NCBI GenBank assembly: GCA_965205975.1
Contig: OZ242195.1
Coordinates: 960,001 to 1,024,000 of the forward strand
Source: Candidatus Latescibacterota bacterium
GTDB taxonomy: Bacteria > Latescibacterota > UBA2968
DNA: 64,000 nucleotides
Reading direction: 5' to 3'
Numbering within the stretch: position 1 is the stretch's first letter; each line of letters starts with the position of its first letter. This document shows positions 9,085-19,026 of this stretch, in pieces. Under the pieces are notes generated by a model. The model worked only from the letters and a program-made list of their open reading frames with translations. It had not been told where the DNA came from and searched no databases. The position numbers and the translations under genes were made by a program.

Positions 9085-10563
9085 ATGATTTTGAGCATTG
9101 ATCAGGGTACTACGGGGACAACTGCGTTGGTGTTGGATTCTCAAGGGGAAATTTTGGGGCGAGGATATTCGGAATTTCGGCAGATATTTCCGCGTCCCGG
9201 CTGGGTATCGCACGACGCAACGGAGATATGGGATACAACACTGAAAGTTATTGACGCAGCAATCACAGAGGCGGTTATAGATGCCGTAGAAATAAAAGGT
9301 ATTGGCATTGCCAATCAGCGCGAGACAACTGTTTTATGGGATAGGAGTACGGGTGACCCCTTACACGACGCGATTGTCTGGCAGTGCCGACGTACGGCGG
9401 ATTTGTGCGCCCAATATCGCGCAGATGGCCTCGAAGATATGGTACGTGAAAAGACGGGATTGGTCATTGATGCTTATTTTTCGGCGAGTAAGATTGCGTG
9501 GTTACTCGACCGCGTCTATAGTCTGCGTGCGCGTGCGGAACAAGGTGAGGTGTGTTTTGGCACTGTAGATAGTTTTTTGTTGTACAAACTCACAGGGGGG
9601 GCTGTTCACGCGACTGATTATACCAATGCTTCGCGCACGATGATTTACAATATTCACAGAAGAAAGTGGGATGACGAGTTGTTGGAGATTTTTGATATCC
9701 CAGCGGGCATACTCCCCGAAGTGCGATCATCGGCTGGCGACTTTGGAACTACTGTGAATTTTGGCATTTTGCCTGCGGGTATTCCAATAGGGGGGATTGC
9801 GGGCGATCAGCAAGCCGCGCTTTTTGGGCAACGCGGCGTTCGGGCAGGCGATATTAAAAATACGTATGGTACGGGGTGTTTTACACTTTTTCAAACAGGT
9901 GATCGGGCGGTGCCGTCCGCGCACGGTTTGTTGACGACGCTTGCGTGTGGGCCTTCTGGACGCGTATCCCACGCGCTTGAAGGTGCAGTGTTCAGCGCGG
10001 GGGCGACGGTTCAATGGCTGCGCGACGGTTTGGGGATTATTGATACTGCCGCTGAGACCGAGGCATGGTCTCAGGCGATTGACGATACGGGGGGGGTGTA
10101 TTTTGTTCCCGCATTTACCGGCCTGGGGGCGCCGCACTGGGATGCGGATGCGCGTGGCGCGATTGTAGGGCTTACGCGCGGTACTGGACGCGCCCAGTTA
10201 GCACGCGCCGCTCTGGAGTCTATTGCCTATCAGTCCACCGATCTCGTCCATGCGATGGTCGCCGATGCGGGGCAGTCTGTAACGAGTTTGCGCGTGGATG
10301 GGGGGGCTGTGGTGAATGATTTTTTGATGCAGTTTCAAGCGGATATTCTGAATGTACCAGTGATTCGTCCAAAGTACGTGGAGACGACTGCATTGGGGGC
10401 GGGGATGCTGGCGGGATTGACGACGGGCGTGTGGGATAATGCTGACGCGCTTGCCGATATTAACCCACCGCAACGCACCTTTGAGCCTGCGATGTCGCAA
10501 GATCGTCGCGAAGCATTGCTGGCGGGTTGGCACAAAGCAGTAGAGCGCACACTGTTGGCGTAA
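9085..10563 (+). CDS. glpK: Glycerol kinase
   Basis: IDQGTTG, NQRETT, IVWQCRRT, TNASRT, GDQQAALFG, KNTYGTGCF, PAFTGLGAPHW; SD AGGAG 7 nt before ATG 9085. Confidence 0.97.
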   Translation: MILSIDQGTTGTTALVLDSQGEILGRGYSEFRQIFPRPGWVSHDATEIWDTTLKVIDAAITEAVIDAVEIKGIGIANQRETTVLWDRSTGDPLHDAIVWQCRRTADLCAQYRADGLEDMVREKTGLVIDAYFSASKIAWLLDRVYSLRARAEQGEVCFGTVDSFLLYKLTGGAVHATDYTNASRTMIYNIHRRKWDDELLEIFDIPAGILPEVRSSAGDFGTTVNFGILPAGIPIGGIAGDQQAALFGQRGVRAGDIKNTYGTGCFTLFQTGDRAVPSAHGLLTTLACGPSGRVSHALEGAVFSAGATVQWLRDGLGIIDTAAETEAWSQAIDDTGGVYFVPAFTGLGAPHWDADARGAIVGLTRGTGRAQLARAALESIAYQSTDLVHAMVADAGQSVTSLRVDGGAVVNDFLMQFQADILNVPVIRPKYVETTALGAGMLAGLTTGVWDNADALADINPPQRTFEPAMSQDRREALLAGWHKAVERTLLA

Positions 10564-10575
10564 CTTATAGCATTC

Positions 10576-11748
10576 TCACTGTATTTGTTCCAAATAGGCA
10601 AGATGGGTTTGGGCAACTTTGTTTTGAGGATCAATGGCGAGCATATCGCGGTAGTGCTGACAGGCTGCCGCGATATCGTTTTTTTGTTCGGCAATGATGG
10701 CCAATCCGTGTAGAATGCGGGTATTTTCCAGAAGCTGTTCGCTAATGTGCTGTAGCAGTATTTCAATATCATCAATATAGTCGGGATAATGCAGTGATTC
10801 ATTATTTTCACGAGACAATGCCATGAGATTTAACAGTGGATTCACATTGCCTGAAACGCCGCTACCTCGACGCGGTTTGAGATCAATTTTATCCCCAATT
10901 TCGGGAAGGCCGAGAACAATGGCTTCAATCAGGGATTCAACCGCTTCATCTAATCGTTCCAGGTCAATTAAAACATTTCCTCGATTATAATGCACAGCGA
11001 GATTATCGGGCACCAATTCAGATAAGATGTCGTAAATCCTCAGTTCCTGTTCAGAATTTTTTGTCTTGGCCAAATATTCAGCCCGATCGTAGAGTTGCTC
11101 AATTTTAGTATGATTATTATCTACGATCTCTTGCGCTTGCTTCTCAAATTCTGGATGCACCAGTAAGACGAGTTGACCCTTTTGGTCTTGTGAAAACAAG
11201 GGCGTTTTGACTGTGTGCGAAATGTCGCCCAATTCCGAAATAATTTTGTTCAAAAACGCAGGGGATCGCGATTGAAAGATGGGTTTCCAGGTATTGAGGT
11301 CATGCGATACATCTACCGTCCACAATTCGAGAGATAAAAAACGCCTGAGCGTTGACTTCAACTGTTCTGTGGTATCAAAAAAGAACGATGTTAGGTAACC
11401 TTCTTCTACATAGTGGTGAACGAGCCATTGACGGAATTCGCGCTGGATAACCCAGGCGTCCTCCAGGCAATTGGTGAGCGTGAGTATCGACCAGAGCGGA
11501 ATATCCGAATCTACTTTTGCCAGCGCCTGATCAATGCTACACGACTCGCCTTCCTCATCATTCTGGGCCAGATGGACATCGTCGATAAAGTTTTCTATGG
11601 ACAATGCGCGTTTTTCTCGTTCGCTTTCTGCAATAACGAGAAAATTCCCCTGGAAATTTTCCCGGTCAATTGTCAGTGTGCGCACAAGTTCCCGATCGCT
11701 CATCACAGCGCACTGTTGTATAACCCGATCACTCATGCATAAACTCAA
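10576..11748 (-). CDS. Hypothetical protein with C-terminal TPR repeats
   Basis: 390 aa ORF with TPR-like segments (VHYNRGNVLIDLERLDEAVES; AACQHYRDMLAIDPQN). Start may be ATG 11736. Confidence 0.7.
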   Translation of the reverse strand: MSLCMSDRVIQQCAVMSDRELVRTLTIDRENFQGNFLVIAESEREKRALSIENFIDDVHLAQNDEEGESCSIDQALAKVDSDIPLWSILTLTNCLEDAWVIQREFRQWLVHHYVEEGYLTSFFFDTTEQLKSTLRRFLSLELWTVDVSHDLNTWKPIFQSRSPAFLNKIISELGDISHTVKTPLFSQDQKGQLVLLVHPEFEKQAQEIVDNNHTKIEQLYDRAEYLAKTKNSEQELRIYDILSELVPDNLAVHYNRGNVLIDLERLDEAVESLIEAIVLGLPEIGDKIDLKPRRGSGVSGNVNPLLNLMALSRENNESLHYPDYIDDIEILLQHISEQLLENTRILHGLAIIAEQKNDIAAACQHYRDMLAIDPQNKVAQTHLAYLEQIQ

Positions 11749-11963
11749 CGGTGATATTCGCGCAAAGACAAACGCTTTCGCGGTCGTTGGAAGTCACTGG
11801 GTTTTTCAGACACACTAACGTCATTGCGCATCTTGCGACCGAGCTTGCGAATCAGATGAACACCCCACCAGATTAGTGCCCCGATCACAGCCATTACCAT
11901 CCCAATGCTGCGACCGCTGGCACTTTCGAGACTCTTGAGCAAACTGTTAATCAGATCTTCCAC
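11745..11963 (-). CDS. Small single-pass membrane hypothetical protein
   Basis: 72 aa ORF filling the gap between purC and the TPR gene; one hydrophobic segment (IGMVMAVIGALIWWGVHLI) followed by a basic tail. Confidence 0.5.
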   Translation of the reverse strand: MEDLINSLLKSLESASGRSIGMVMAVIGALIWWGVHLIRKLGRKMRNDVSVSEKPSDFQRPRKRLSLREYHR

Positions 11964-11978
11964 TGTTGATCGCTTTTC

Positions 11979-12944
11979 TTAAAAATACGGCTCGATATTT
12001 TTTTCGATGCGTTCGAGAATGGGCGTATTATCCACTTCGGTTTCAAATGGTTCGCCTGTTACGCGCTCGAACAGGTCGATGTATCGCGCGGAGACTTGTG
12101 TGCGAATTTCGTCATCTAATTCGGGAATATTATCGTCGGAAATTCCCTTATCCACGAGCCAGAGGCGCAAAAACTCTTTGTCCAGGCTTTCGGGTTCTTC
12201 GCCGCGCGCATGGAGGTCTTCATAAGAGTCCAGGATCCAGTAGCGCGAGGAGTCGGGCGTGTGAATCTCATCGGCGACGGTCAGATTGCCCTCAGGATCC
12301 AGTCCCATTTCGTATTTTGTATCCACGAGAATCAATCCGCGCTGTGCAGCGAGTTCTGTGCCGCGGGCGAATAATTCCAGAGCCACTTCCTCGACTTCTG
12401 CCCACCTGTCTGCATCGACCAGGCCGCGCTCGACAATTTCCTCTGGCGAGATCGATTCGTCGTGATCTTCTGCTTTTGTGGTCGGCGTAATAATCGCTTC
12501 CTCAAATTTCTGATTTTTTATCATGCCATCGGGCAAGTCAACGCCGCAGAATTTCCGTACACCGTTATTGTAATTCGTCCACACCGAGGTGTCCGTACTG
12601 CCGGTCAAGTATCGTCGCACGACGATTTCGACGGGTAACATATCGAGTTCGCGCGCAACCGTCACATTGGGGTCTGGTACGTCAAGTACCTGATTGGGCA
12701 CGATATCTGCGGTCTGATCAAACCAGTATTTTGCAGTTTTGTTCAAGACCTGTCCCTTCAAGGGGATCGCACCGAGTACGTGATCAAACGCGCTTTGGCG
12801 GTCTGTGGTGATGAGAATGCGCTTGTCTTCGAGCAGATAGATGTCCCGCACTTTCCCTTTTTGGTATTGATTCGTCCAGCGGTCAAATTTAGCTTCCAAT
12901 AAACAGTTATTCAGTTGTGAACGGATTTGTTCTTGAGAGATCAT
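11979..12944 (-). CDS. purC: Phosphoribosylaminoimidazole-succinocarboxamide (SAICAR) synthase
   Basis: KGKVRDIY, TDRQSAFD, VEIVVRRYLTGS, TPTTK, LVDTKYEMG, DEIHTPDSSRYW, LDKEFLR. Confidence 0.97.
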   Translation of the reverse strand: MISQEQIRSQLNNCLLEAKFDRWTNQYQKGKVRDIYLLEDKRILITTDRQSAFDHVLGAIPLKGQVLNKTAKYWFDQTADIVPNQVLDVPDPNVTVARELDMLPVEIVVRRYLTGSTDTSVWTNYNNGVRKFCGVDLPDGMIKNQKFEEAIITPTTKAEDHDESISPEEIVERGLVDADRWAEVEEVALELFARGTELAAQRGLILVDTKYEMGLDPEGNLTVADEIHTPDSSRYWILDSYEDLHARGEEPESLDKEFLRLWLVDKGISDDNIPELDDEIRTQVSARYIDLFERVTGEPFETEVDNTPILERIEKNIEPYF

Positions 12945-12976
12945 GGATATACACTCCTATAAAAAATAAATGCAAC

Positions 12977-13006
12977 CACCGATTAACACAGATGGACACG
13001 GATAAT
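12977..13006 (+). repeat. Three degenerate decamers (CACAGATGGA-like), left arm beside the TA module
   Basis: caccgattaa cacagatgga cacggataat; an imperfect inverse of the array at 13731-13760. Confidence 0.6.
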
Positions 13007-13060
13007 ACGAATGAATGCGGTCAGCGAAGGGGGAGAGATAATTTTAACTTTCAGCCAGTC

Positions 13061-13414
13061 TTAGAGTGCCAGCACCGCACGGAGTAATCTATCTACTTCG
13101 GCTTGTAATTGCGGACCAAGACTTCCGAGACGACGAATGATGACTGATCGTTCTACTGTAGCTAATTTGTGCATCCGGATGACGGACGTAACGCGCAAGC
13201 CTGTCAAGCTAAATTCCGGGTGGTTAGACTCAACGGTGTAGTCGGTGGGAGCAAGCGTACCGCGTACAACGCTGGAAATTGCCACGAGCACTATGTCGTC
13301 TCCGAGTTGCCCTTGAGACACGATCACTGCGGGGCGAAGAGAGGTGCCGGTCAAATCGGTAAATGGAAATCGCGCCAGAACCACATTACCGCGCGAGAGC
13401 GTTGGGTGCGTCAC
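13061..13414 (-). CDS. PemK/MazF family type II toxin (endoribonuclease)
   Basis: RGNVVLARFPFTDL..RPAVIVS..DIVLVAISS..GLRVTSVIRMHKLATVE pattern; start overlaps the upstream stop. Confidence 0.88.
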   Translation of the reverse strand: MTHPTLSRGNVVLARFPFTDLTGTSLRPAVIVSQGQLGDDIVLVAISSVVRGTLAPTDYTVESNHPEFSLTGLRVTSVIRMHKLATVERSVIIRRLGSLGPQLQAEVDRLLRAVLAL

Positions 13415-13641
13415 ACTGGTTCCCCATCCTTGAAGGAGTAAATGTCTTCTCCCTCCTTCTTCCAGAAGTCAAATGCGCCGCTTTCTTCTGAGAGGCGCAT
13501 GAGATCCTCTGTTGTCACATCATCTTCCTGCCTTTGCACAGTAATCTCTTCGTAGCGCTGTGCCAGTTTTACCAGCAGTTCGAGTTCGCTTTGCGGAACC
13601 AGCACTTTCTCACCGATACATTGTATGTGAATCGTTGCCAT
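13411..13641 (-). CDS. Putative antitoxin for the MazF-like toxin, 76 aa
   Basis: Small ORF directly upstream of and overlapping the toxin; SD AGGAG before ATG 13641; acidic C-terminus AFDFWKKEGEDIYS. Confidence 0.7.
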   Translation of the reverse strand: MATIHIQCIGEKVLVPQSELELLVKLAQRYEEITVQRQEDDVTTEDLMRLSEESGAFDFWKKEGEDIYSFKDGEPV

Positions 13642-13730
13642 TTTGGCTCCTGTTCTGTGTTCGTACTCGCTGCACCCCGTTGTGTGCTCGTGTTGCGGTT
13701 GCTGCCCATCTACAGATGATTTTGAATTTT

Positions 13731-13760
13731 CCATCTGCGTCCATCTGCGTCCATCTGCGG
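13731..13760 (+). repeat. Three tandem decamers (CCATCTGCGT), right arm beside the TA module
   Basis: ccatctgcgt ccatctgcgt ccatctgcgg. Confidence 0.8.
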
Positions 13761-13767
13761 ATGCTCT

Positions 13768-15756
13768 TTAAGCCGCGCGGAAATGCACTGCGTGACCCCT
13801 TTCTGGGAACCAGATCACATCCAGCATCATTGACAGGGCTACGCCCAGGACATAGCCGACGAGCAAGCCGATGAAAAAGGGGCGCGATTTGTGATAGACA
13901 GAGGGTCCGCCCACTTTGAGCATCACCAGTTTAATCAGCCAGGCGATGAATAAGGTGAAGCTGCTGGCGCGAATCAATGGTGTTCCCGAAAGTGCAAGGC
14001 CCACCGGGTGCAGGGGCCACCACACAAACCGATGGCGCATAAAAATGAGGCCAACCATCGCCAGACCGCCTATGCCGAAAAAGGCCAGATTTTCGGGGTT
14101 ATCCACGTAAAAGGGCGGATTATCGGCATTCTTGACCGCGTTGGCGGCATTCCTAAAATAATTGCGAGCACTTCTGGGAATCTCGCCGACATTAAAATTA
14201 AACGCGCCCTCGTCATAACCCAATTTCAACGTGAGAAAAATGCTCGTTATAAAACTTGCCGCAAAAGCGATGTAAAGCGCGGCTATCAACTTGCGGCGGT
14301 TATCGGTTATGCCCTCGGACAACTTGCCGACCTGGGCAGTCGCTGGCAAAAATAAGCCTTTGGCATTTCCCGTAATCAAATTGGCAAAACGAAACGCCAC
14401 ATGTGTGGTGGATGGAATCCCGACGTTGCCAAAAAAGGGTGCCACATAATTCCACGCAATCCCCGGTATCTGTGTGTAGGGCATGCCAGTGTCCGACAAA
14501 ATTTTTGCCATTCCAATATATCCACACACACACGCCATCAGCAGCAGGGCACTGATGATGGGGTCCATGTTCATCTGCATCATCCAGATAAACAAAAACG
14601 CGAGGCCCGCCACCACGCCGACCACGGCGGCGCGATAGGACAATAGTTCATCGCGGTCATCCACGGTGTCGTCTTTGCCGAGTGCTTTCATTATTACATC
14701 TCGCAAATGCAGCCGCGCCACCCAGAACATCGAAATCACCAGTACGACGAACGCGCCGCGCGTCTGCCATTGGTACACGCCGCGATAGGCAACGGGGACC
14801 ATGGATTTATATCCCAATTTATTGAGCCAGCCGCCTTCGACGATGAAAAGGAGATCGAATACCCACAAACTGAGCAGCACATCGAGACTGGCAAAATAGG
14901 AGAAGAAAATGGAAAATAAACCCACCGATGCCCGAATGCGCGGAAATTGTGGATCTATGATGTGCCACCTGCCCCCGTGAATGGGAAAACGCGGAAAATT
15001 TGGCAAGAAATAATTGATACAATTCCAGGCGATCATGCCAAATGCCAGGATAAAGCCAATCCAGAACAGGCGATTGTACATAAAGCCCGGCAATGCGCGT
15101 TTGTCGCCTCCTGGTTCGGACATCATATTGATTAGAGGAGCCATGGCCGGATATGCCAGGCGTTCGTTTTGCACCCACTGTTTTCTGAAAATGACGCCTA
15201 TACAGGTCAGTACTACAAACGCAGCTGTAAAAGCCATAAACCACCAGAACAGCGGCAGTACCCATATATCCCAGGGGATGGCTGCGCCTTCGGGACGGCC
15301 TTCAAAAAACCACGCTATTCCATTGCCCTCATTGGTGGGAATTAAAAAATCGGGCAGATGTGGGTGCAGCAATTCAGCCCAGTTGTTGTCTTCGGTAGCA
15401 TAGAAATACGGTGCAGAAATATATCCGATCAAAAAGCCCGTACTGGCCCAGATTGGCATGGTTGCGCCCACGAGGCCCATCGACAAAATGGTGTGCCATT
15501 CCCCGGATTGAAGAGAGAATCGCGCAAGTCTGCCCACCACCGCGAGCGCGATGAGCATGGTAATAAATACGATGAGCATGGCCATTGGAATGTGCGAGAG
15601 CACCATGCGCGAGCCGTGATAATGAAATCGAACATAGACCGCTATCACATCCAGCAGGACCACCAGGAGCAGTCCCAATCCGATGGCCCGCGGCGTAATG
15701 CCTCCGCGAGGGGATTGTTCGGCTTCGCGTTCAATATCTGGTATTTGTGTTGCCAT
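13768..15756 (-). CDS. Polytopic membrane protein, DUF6785/DUF6784-like (putative OPT-related transporter)
   Basis: 662 aa with many TM segments; QWVQNERLAYP and WWPLHPVG motifs recalled for this family. Confidence 0.7.
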   Translation of the reverse strand: MATQIPDIEREAEQSPRGGITPRAIGLGLLLVVLLDVIAVYVRFHYHGSRMVLSHIPMAMLIVFITMLIALAVVGRLARFSLQSGEWHTILSMGLVGATMPIWASTGFLIGYISAPYFYATEDNNWAELLHPHLPDFLIPTNEGNGIAWFFEGRPEGAAIPWDIWVLPLFWWFMAFTAAFVVLTCIGVIFRKQWVQNERLAYPAMAPLINMMSEPGGDKRALPGFMYNRLFWIGFILAFGMIAWNCINYFLPNFPRFPIHGGRWHIIDPQFPRIRASVGLFSIFFSYFASLDVLLSLWVFDLLFIVEGGWLNKLGYKSMVPVAYRGVYQWQTRGAFVVLVISMFWVARLHLRDVIMKALGKDDTVDDRDELLSYRAAVVGVVAGLAFLFIWMMQMNMDPIISALLLMACVCGYIGMAKILSDTGMPYTQIPGIAWNYVAPFFGNVGIPSTTHVAFRFANLITGNAKGLFLPATAQVGKLSEGITDNRRKLIAALYIAFAASFITSIFLTLKLGYDEGAFNFNVGEIPRSARNYFRNAANAVKNADNPPFYVDNPENLAFFGIGGLAMVGLIFMRHRFVWWPLHPVGLALSGTPLIRASSFTLFIAWLIKLVMLKVGGPSVYHKSRPFFIGLLVGYVLGVALSMMLDVIWFPERGHAVHFRAA

Positions 15757-15778
15757 TCGGTGTTCCTTAAAAAAATTC

Positions 15779-15864
15779 AGCGAATCAACGAATCAACGAA
15801 CCCCGCCCATCCCCCCAAAGGCAGTGTTCATTGCCATTCGTCTATTCGTCTATTCGTCTATTCG
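15779..15864. repeat. Octamer-armed intergenic element, copy 1
   Basis: (AACGAATC)n left arm, 36 bp core at 15801-15836, (TTCGTCTA)3 right arm; second copy at 40837-40925. Confidence 0.9.
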
Positions 15865-15870
15865 CGCTTT

Positions 15871-16605
15871 TTACAGTGCGCGTCCGCGCAAAACCTCGCG
15901 GCATTGTCCCTCGCTATTGCCCGTCACATTATAGGCAAAGGTATTCATGCGGCGATCTCGATGCGATGTGTTTGGTCCCGATCCGTGGATGGTCAATGCG
16001 CTAAAAAATACCCCATCACCCGGTTCCATCGGAACGGGCACCGCGTCTTCTCGCTCGCGATAGTGCCCCGGCAAAAATACGCCAAAACTCATTTGTGCAC
16101 GTTCGTGTTCTTGCAGACCCCATTTCTGGCTGCCGGGGATAAATTGAATACAGCCATTTTCATCGTCTGTCCCGTCAATGGCGAGTTGACAATTTACCAT
16201 CAGAGGCCGATTGTCTTCGCGTTTCCAATACGCGTAATCCTGGTGCCAGGGTATTGCCGTGCCATCGCGTGCGGCTTTCATCAATAGCTTGCTGTGATAC
16301 AGTGAGATATTCGGCCCGATCAGTGTCTCTATAATATCCAACATATCATCACAGCGCAATGCGCGATTTAACCCTGTGCTGACCACTTCGCTGTGCATCA
16401 ACTGTCGGATGCGTTTGGGCGCGTGCCCATCCTCGAATTCTTCCCATGAGATTCCGACTCTGTCGGGCATGTTTTTTGCCATTCGCTCGTGCAAGTCCGC
16501 AATTTCGCGTTCGATATGGGAAATCTCTCCGGAAGTGATCAATCCCTTTTTTAACACATATCCATTCTGGTCGTAGAATTTCCGTTCTGCATCCGTTAGC
16601 CCCAT
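15871..16605 (-). CDS. Phytanoyl-CoA dioxygenase (PhyH) family Fe(II)/2-oxoglutarate oxygenase
   Basis: WHQD (HxD), GCIQFIPGS, IHGSGPN and a distal Arg; SD AAGGAG before ATG 16605. Confidence 0.9.
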   Translation of the reverse strand: MGLTDAERKFYDQNGYVLKKGLITSGEISHIEREIADLHERMAKNMPDRVGISWEEFEDGHAPKRIRQLMHSEVVSTGLNRALRCDDMLDIIETLIGPNISLYHSKLLMKAARDGTAIPWHQDYAYWKREDNRPLMVNCQLAIDGTDDENGCIQFIPGSQKWGLQEHERAQMSFGVFLPGHYREREDAVPVPMEPGDGVFFSALTIHGSGPNTSHRDRRMNTFAYNVTGNSEGQCREVLRGRAL

Positions 16606-16837
16606 TGGACACTCCTTTTGTAGTTTCAACCAGCATCTAATTTACAAATTATGACACGCTCTTGCAAAATCAATTATATTTATAGAGCGGAAATTAGAAA
16701 TAGGGAACAGAAAGAGAATGATTAACGTCATAAGAGATTGATGTGTTTTTGGCCCAGGCACGATCTGGGGTATGTATGTTAGAAAAAAAACCGACCTTTT
16801 TTCACCGCCCAATTGGGCATTAAAATAAGGAAAGCCG

Positions 16838-18994
16838 ATGAAAATACGTATTTTTTTTGCTTTGTTGTTCTGTATCTCTCTTTTGGGAAGTATTTCTGAG
16901 GCATCTGATTGGACGCACTGGCGCGGTCCTATGCAAAATGGCGCTTCGCCAGAGACGGAGCTTATTTCTACATGGTCTCTTGATGGAGAAAATCTGATCT
17001 GGCGCCGCGAGTTTATCGGCAGATCTACACCGATTATTGTAAATGGTCGGGTCTATGTTATCGGGCGAACCGGCAAAGACATAACCGAGCAGGAGCACAT
17101 TGCGTGTTTTGATGCAGAAACGGGCGACCTCTTATGGGAAAAAAAGTTCAATGTCTGGCACTCAACCATAACCTTCAATCGTCTGGGATGGGCAAGCCTG
17201 GGGGCCGATGGCGAGACCGGTAATATTTACGCCCATCTCGTCAGTGGGTTATTGATCTGTTTTGATACCGATGGCTATGTCCAGTGGCAACGGTCTCTAA
17301 CCGAAGAATTTAACCGATTCTCCGGTTATGGCGGGCGATTGCACACGCCCGTTGTCGATGGCGATCTGGTCATCATCAGCATGGGCAATCGCGGATGGGC
17401 TGGTGTACCGCCTTCTCATCGGTATGTTGCCTTTAATAAACACACGGGTGAAACCGCGTGGATGGCTCGTCCAGGCGGCGGTGGGCAGGTCGATTTAACC
17501 GTTTACTCTACGCCTGTTGTCACGACAATTGATGGGCAGCGCGTGTTGGTTGCCGGCAATGGCAATGGCGGCATTTTTGCCTTTAAAGTCGCAACGGGTG
17601 AAAAAGTATGGGGTTTTCCATTCAGTAAGCGCGGCATCAACACCTCGCCTGTCGTGGCTGATAATCGCGTTTTTGTCACACACAGCGAAGAAAATGTCGA
17701 TAATACCGCCCTGGGTCGCGTTGCGTGTTTGGATGCGAGCACGGGCAAAGAAATCTGGCGACAAGACGGTATGACCGCGGGCTATGCTTCGCCAGCAGTC
17801 CACGATGGGCGCGTCTATGTTATAGATAATTCGGCCAATGTGCATTGTTTGGACGCCAGGACGGGGAAGCAATATTGGGAGCAAAATATCGGCACTGTGG
17901 GCAAGGGATCGCCGACATGGGCCGATGGCAAACTCTATGTTACTGAAGTCAATGGCGGCTTCCAGATTCTCAAAACGAACAATATGGGCGCGGAAGTTCT
18001 CGACAAAAAGAAAATCGCAATGCCCGAGGGCGGACATGCCGAGATCTATGGGTCGGTCGCTGTTGCGTATCGTCGTATCTATTTTGCGACCGAAGCCGGG
18101 TTATTTTGTCTGGGTGATAAAAACGCGCGATTTGAAGTAACACCTTCTCCTCAGACAAAGCACGAAAGCGCGCCCGCTGGTGCAAAACCCGCATCTATTC
18201 TATCTATTCCGGCTGAGGCTACTATACAACAGGGCGAGGTGTTGCCCCTGCGGGCAGAGGCTTATGATGAGAAGGGGCGCTTGATCGGCAATGCCGACGC
18301 CGAGTGGTTGTTGAACGGCCTGGCTGGAGAAATAAAGAATAATCAGTTTGTACCATCCCGACCGGGACAGGGCGGTTGGATCACGGCCAAACTGGGTGAA
18401 TTAACCCGACAGACATGGGTGCGCGTGGTGCCCGATGTGCCCTGGACAGAAGATTTTGAAAATGTCGAAGTTGGCACAAATCCATTGCACTGGGTGTGGG
18501 GAGGCAGGGGTTTTGCGGTGGAGGAAAAAGATGGCAACAAGGTCCTGGCAAAACCGCCGGCTGCACGCGGCTTAGATCGTTCAAATCTCTATGTGGCGCC
18601 GTACAAACTCAGTGGTTATACTATTCAAGCCGATCTTATGGGTACGCAAAACAAACGTCGTCGTCCCGATATGGGTCTCATCGCGCATCGCTATATTCTC
18701 GACCTTCAGGGCATTCACCAGCGCCTCGAAGTTCGGTCGTGGTCGTCGGATTTGCGCATGGCAAAACGCATCGATTTCCACTGGGACATGGGCGTGTGGT
18801 ACACCATGAAAATGAGAGTTGATATCGAAGGCGGTAAAGCTATTGTTCGGGGTAAAGTTTGGGAAAAAGGTCATACCGAACCCGATGCGTGGAGTATTGA
18901 AGTAGAGGATCCCCTGCCTATAGAAGAAGGCAGCCCTGCCCTTTACGGCTATTCACCCGCCACGATTTACTACGATAATGTGAAAATGTGGTAA
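16838..18994 (+). CDS. Exported PQQ-like (BamB-type) beta-propeller protein with C-terminal Ig-like and beta-sandwich domains
   Basis: Signal peptide, DWTHWRGP, repeated xxDaxTGxxxW blades, and about 280 extra beta-rich C-terminal residues. Confidence 0.85.
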   Translation: MKIRIFFALLFCISLLGSISEASDWTHWRGPMQNGASPETELISTWSLDGENLIWRREFIGRSTPIIVNGRVYVIGRTGKDITEQEHIACFDAETGDLLWEKKFNVWHSTITFNRLGWASLGADGETGNIYAHLVSGLLICFDTDGYVQWQRSLTEEFNRFSGYGGRLHTPVVDGDLVIISMGNRGWAGVPPSHRYVAFNKHTGETAWMARPGGGGQVDLTVYSTPVVTTIDGQRVLVAGNGNGGIFAFKVATGEKVWGFPFSKRGINTSPVVADNRVFVTHSEENVDNTALGRVACLDASTGKEIWRQDGMTAGYASPAVHDGRVYVIDNSANVHCLDARTGKQYWEQNIGTVGKGSPTWADGKLYVTEVNGGFQILKTNNMGAEVLDKKKIAMPEGGHAEIYGSVAVAYRRIYFATEAGLFCLGDKNARFEVTPSPQTKHESAPAGAKPASILSIPAEATIQQGEVLPLRAEAYDEKGRLIGNADAEWLLNGLAGEIKNNQFVPSRPGQGGWITAKLGELTRQTWVRVVPDVPWTEDFENVEVGTNPLHWVWGGRGFAVEEKDGNKVLAKPPAARGLDRSNLYVAPYKLSGYTIQADLMGTQNKRRRPDMGLIAHRYILDLQGIHQRLEVRSWSSDLRMAKRIDFHWDMGVWYTMKMRVDIEGGKAIVRGKVWEKGHTEPDAWSIEVEDPLPIEEGSPALYGYSPATIYYDNVKMW

Positions 18995-19026
18995 TCTTCA
19001 TAAACCCTTACATATAAAGGAATAAA

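Noticed and set aside
15779..15864. Octamer and decamer tandem arrays as CRISPR repeats
   Set aside because: Units are 8-10 bp and directly adjacent, with no unique spacers and no cas genes.
16630..16837. RiPP precursor peptide or riboswitch upstream of the cluster
   Set aside because: No credible small ORF with an RBS and no recognisable riboswitch consensus by eye; an Rfam search would be needed to exclude one fully.
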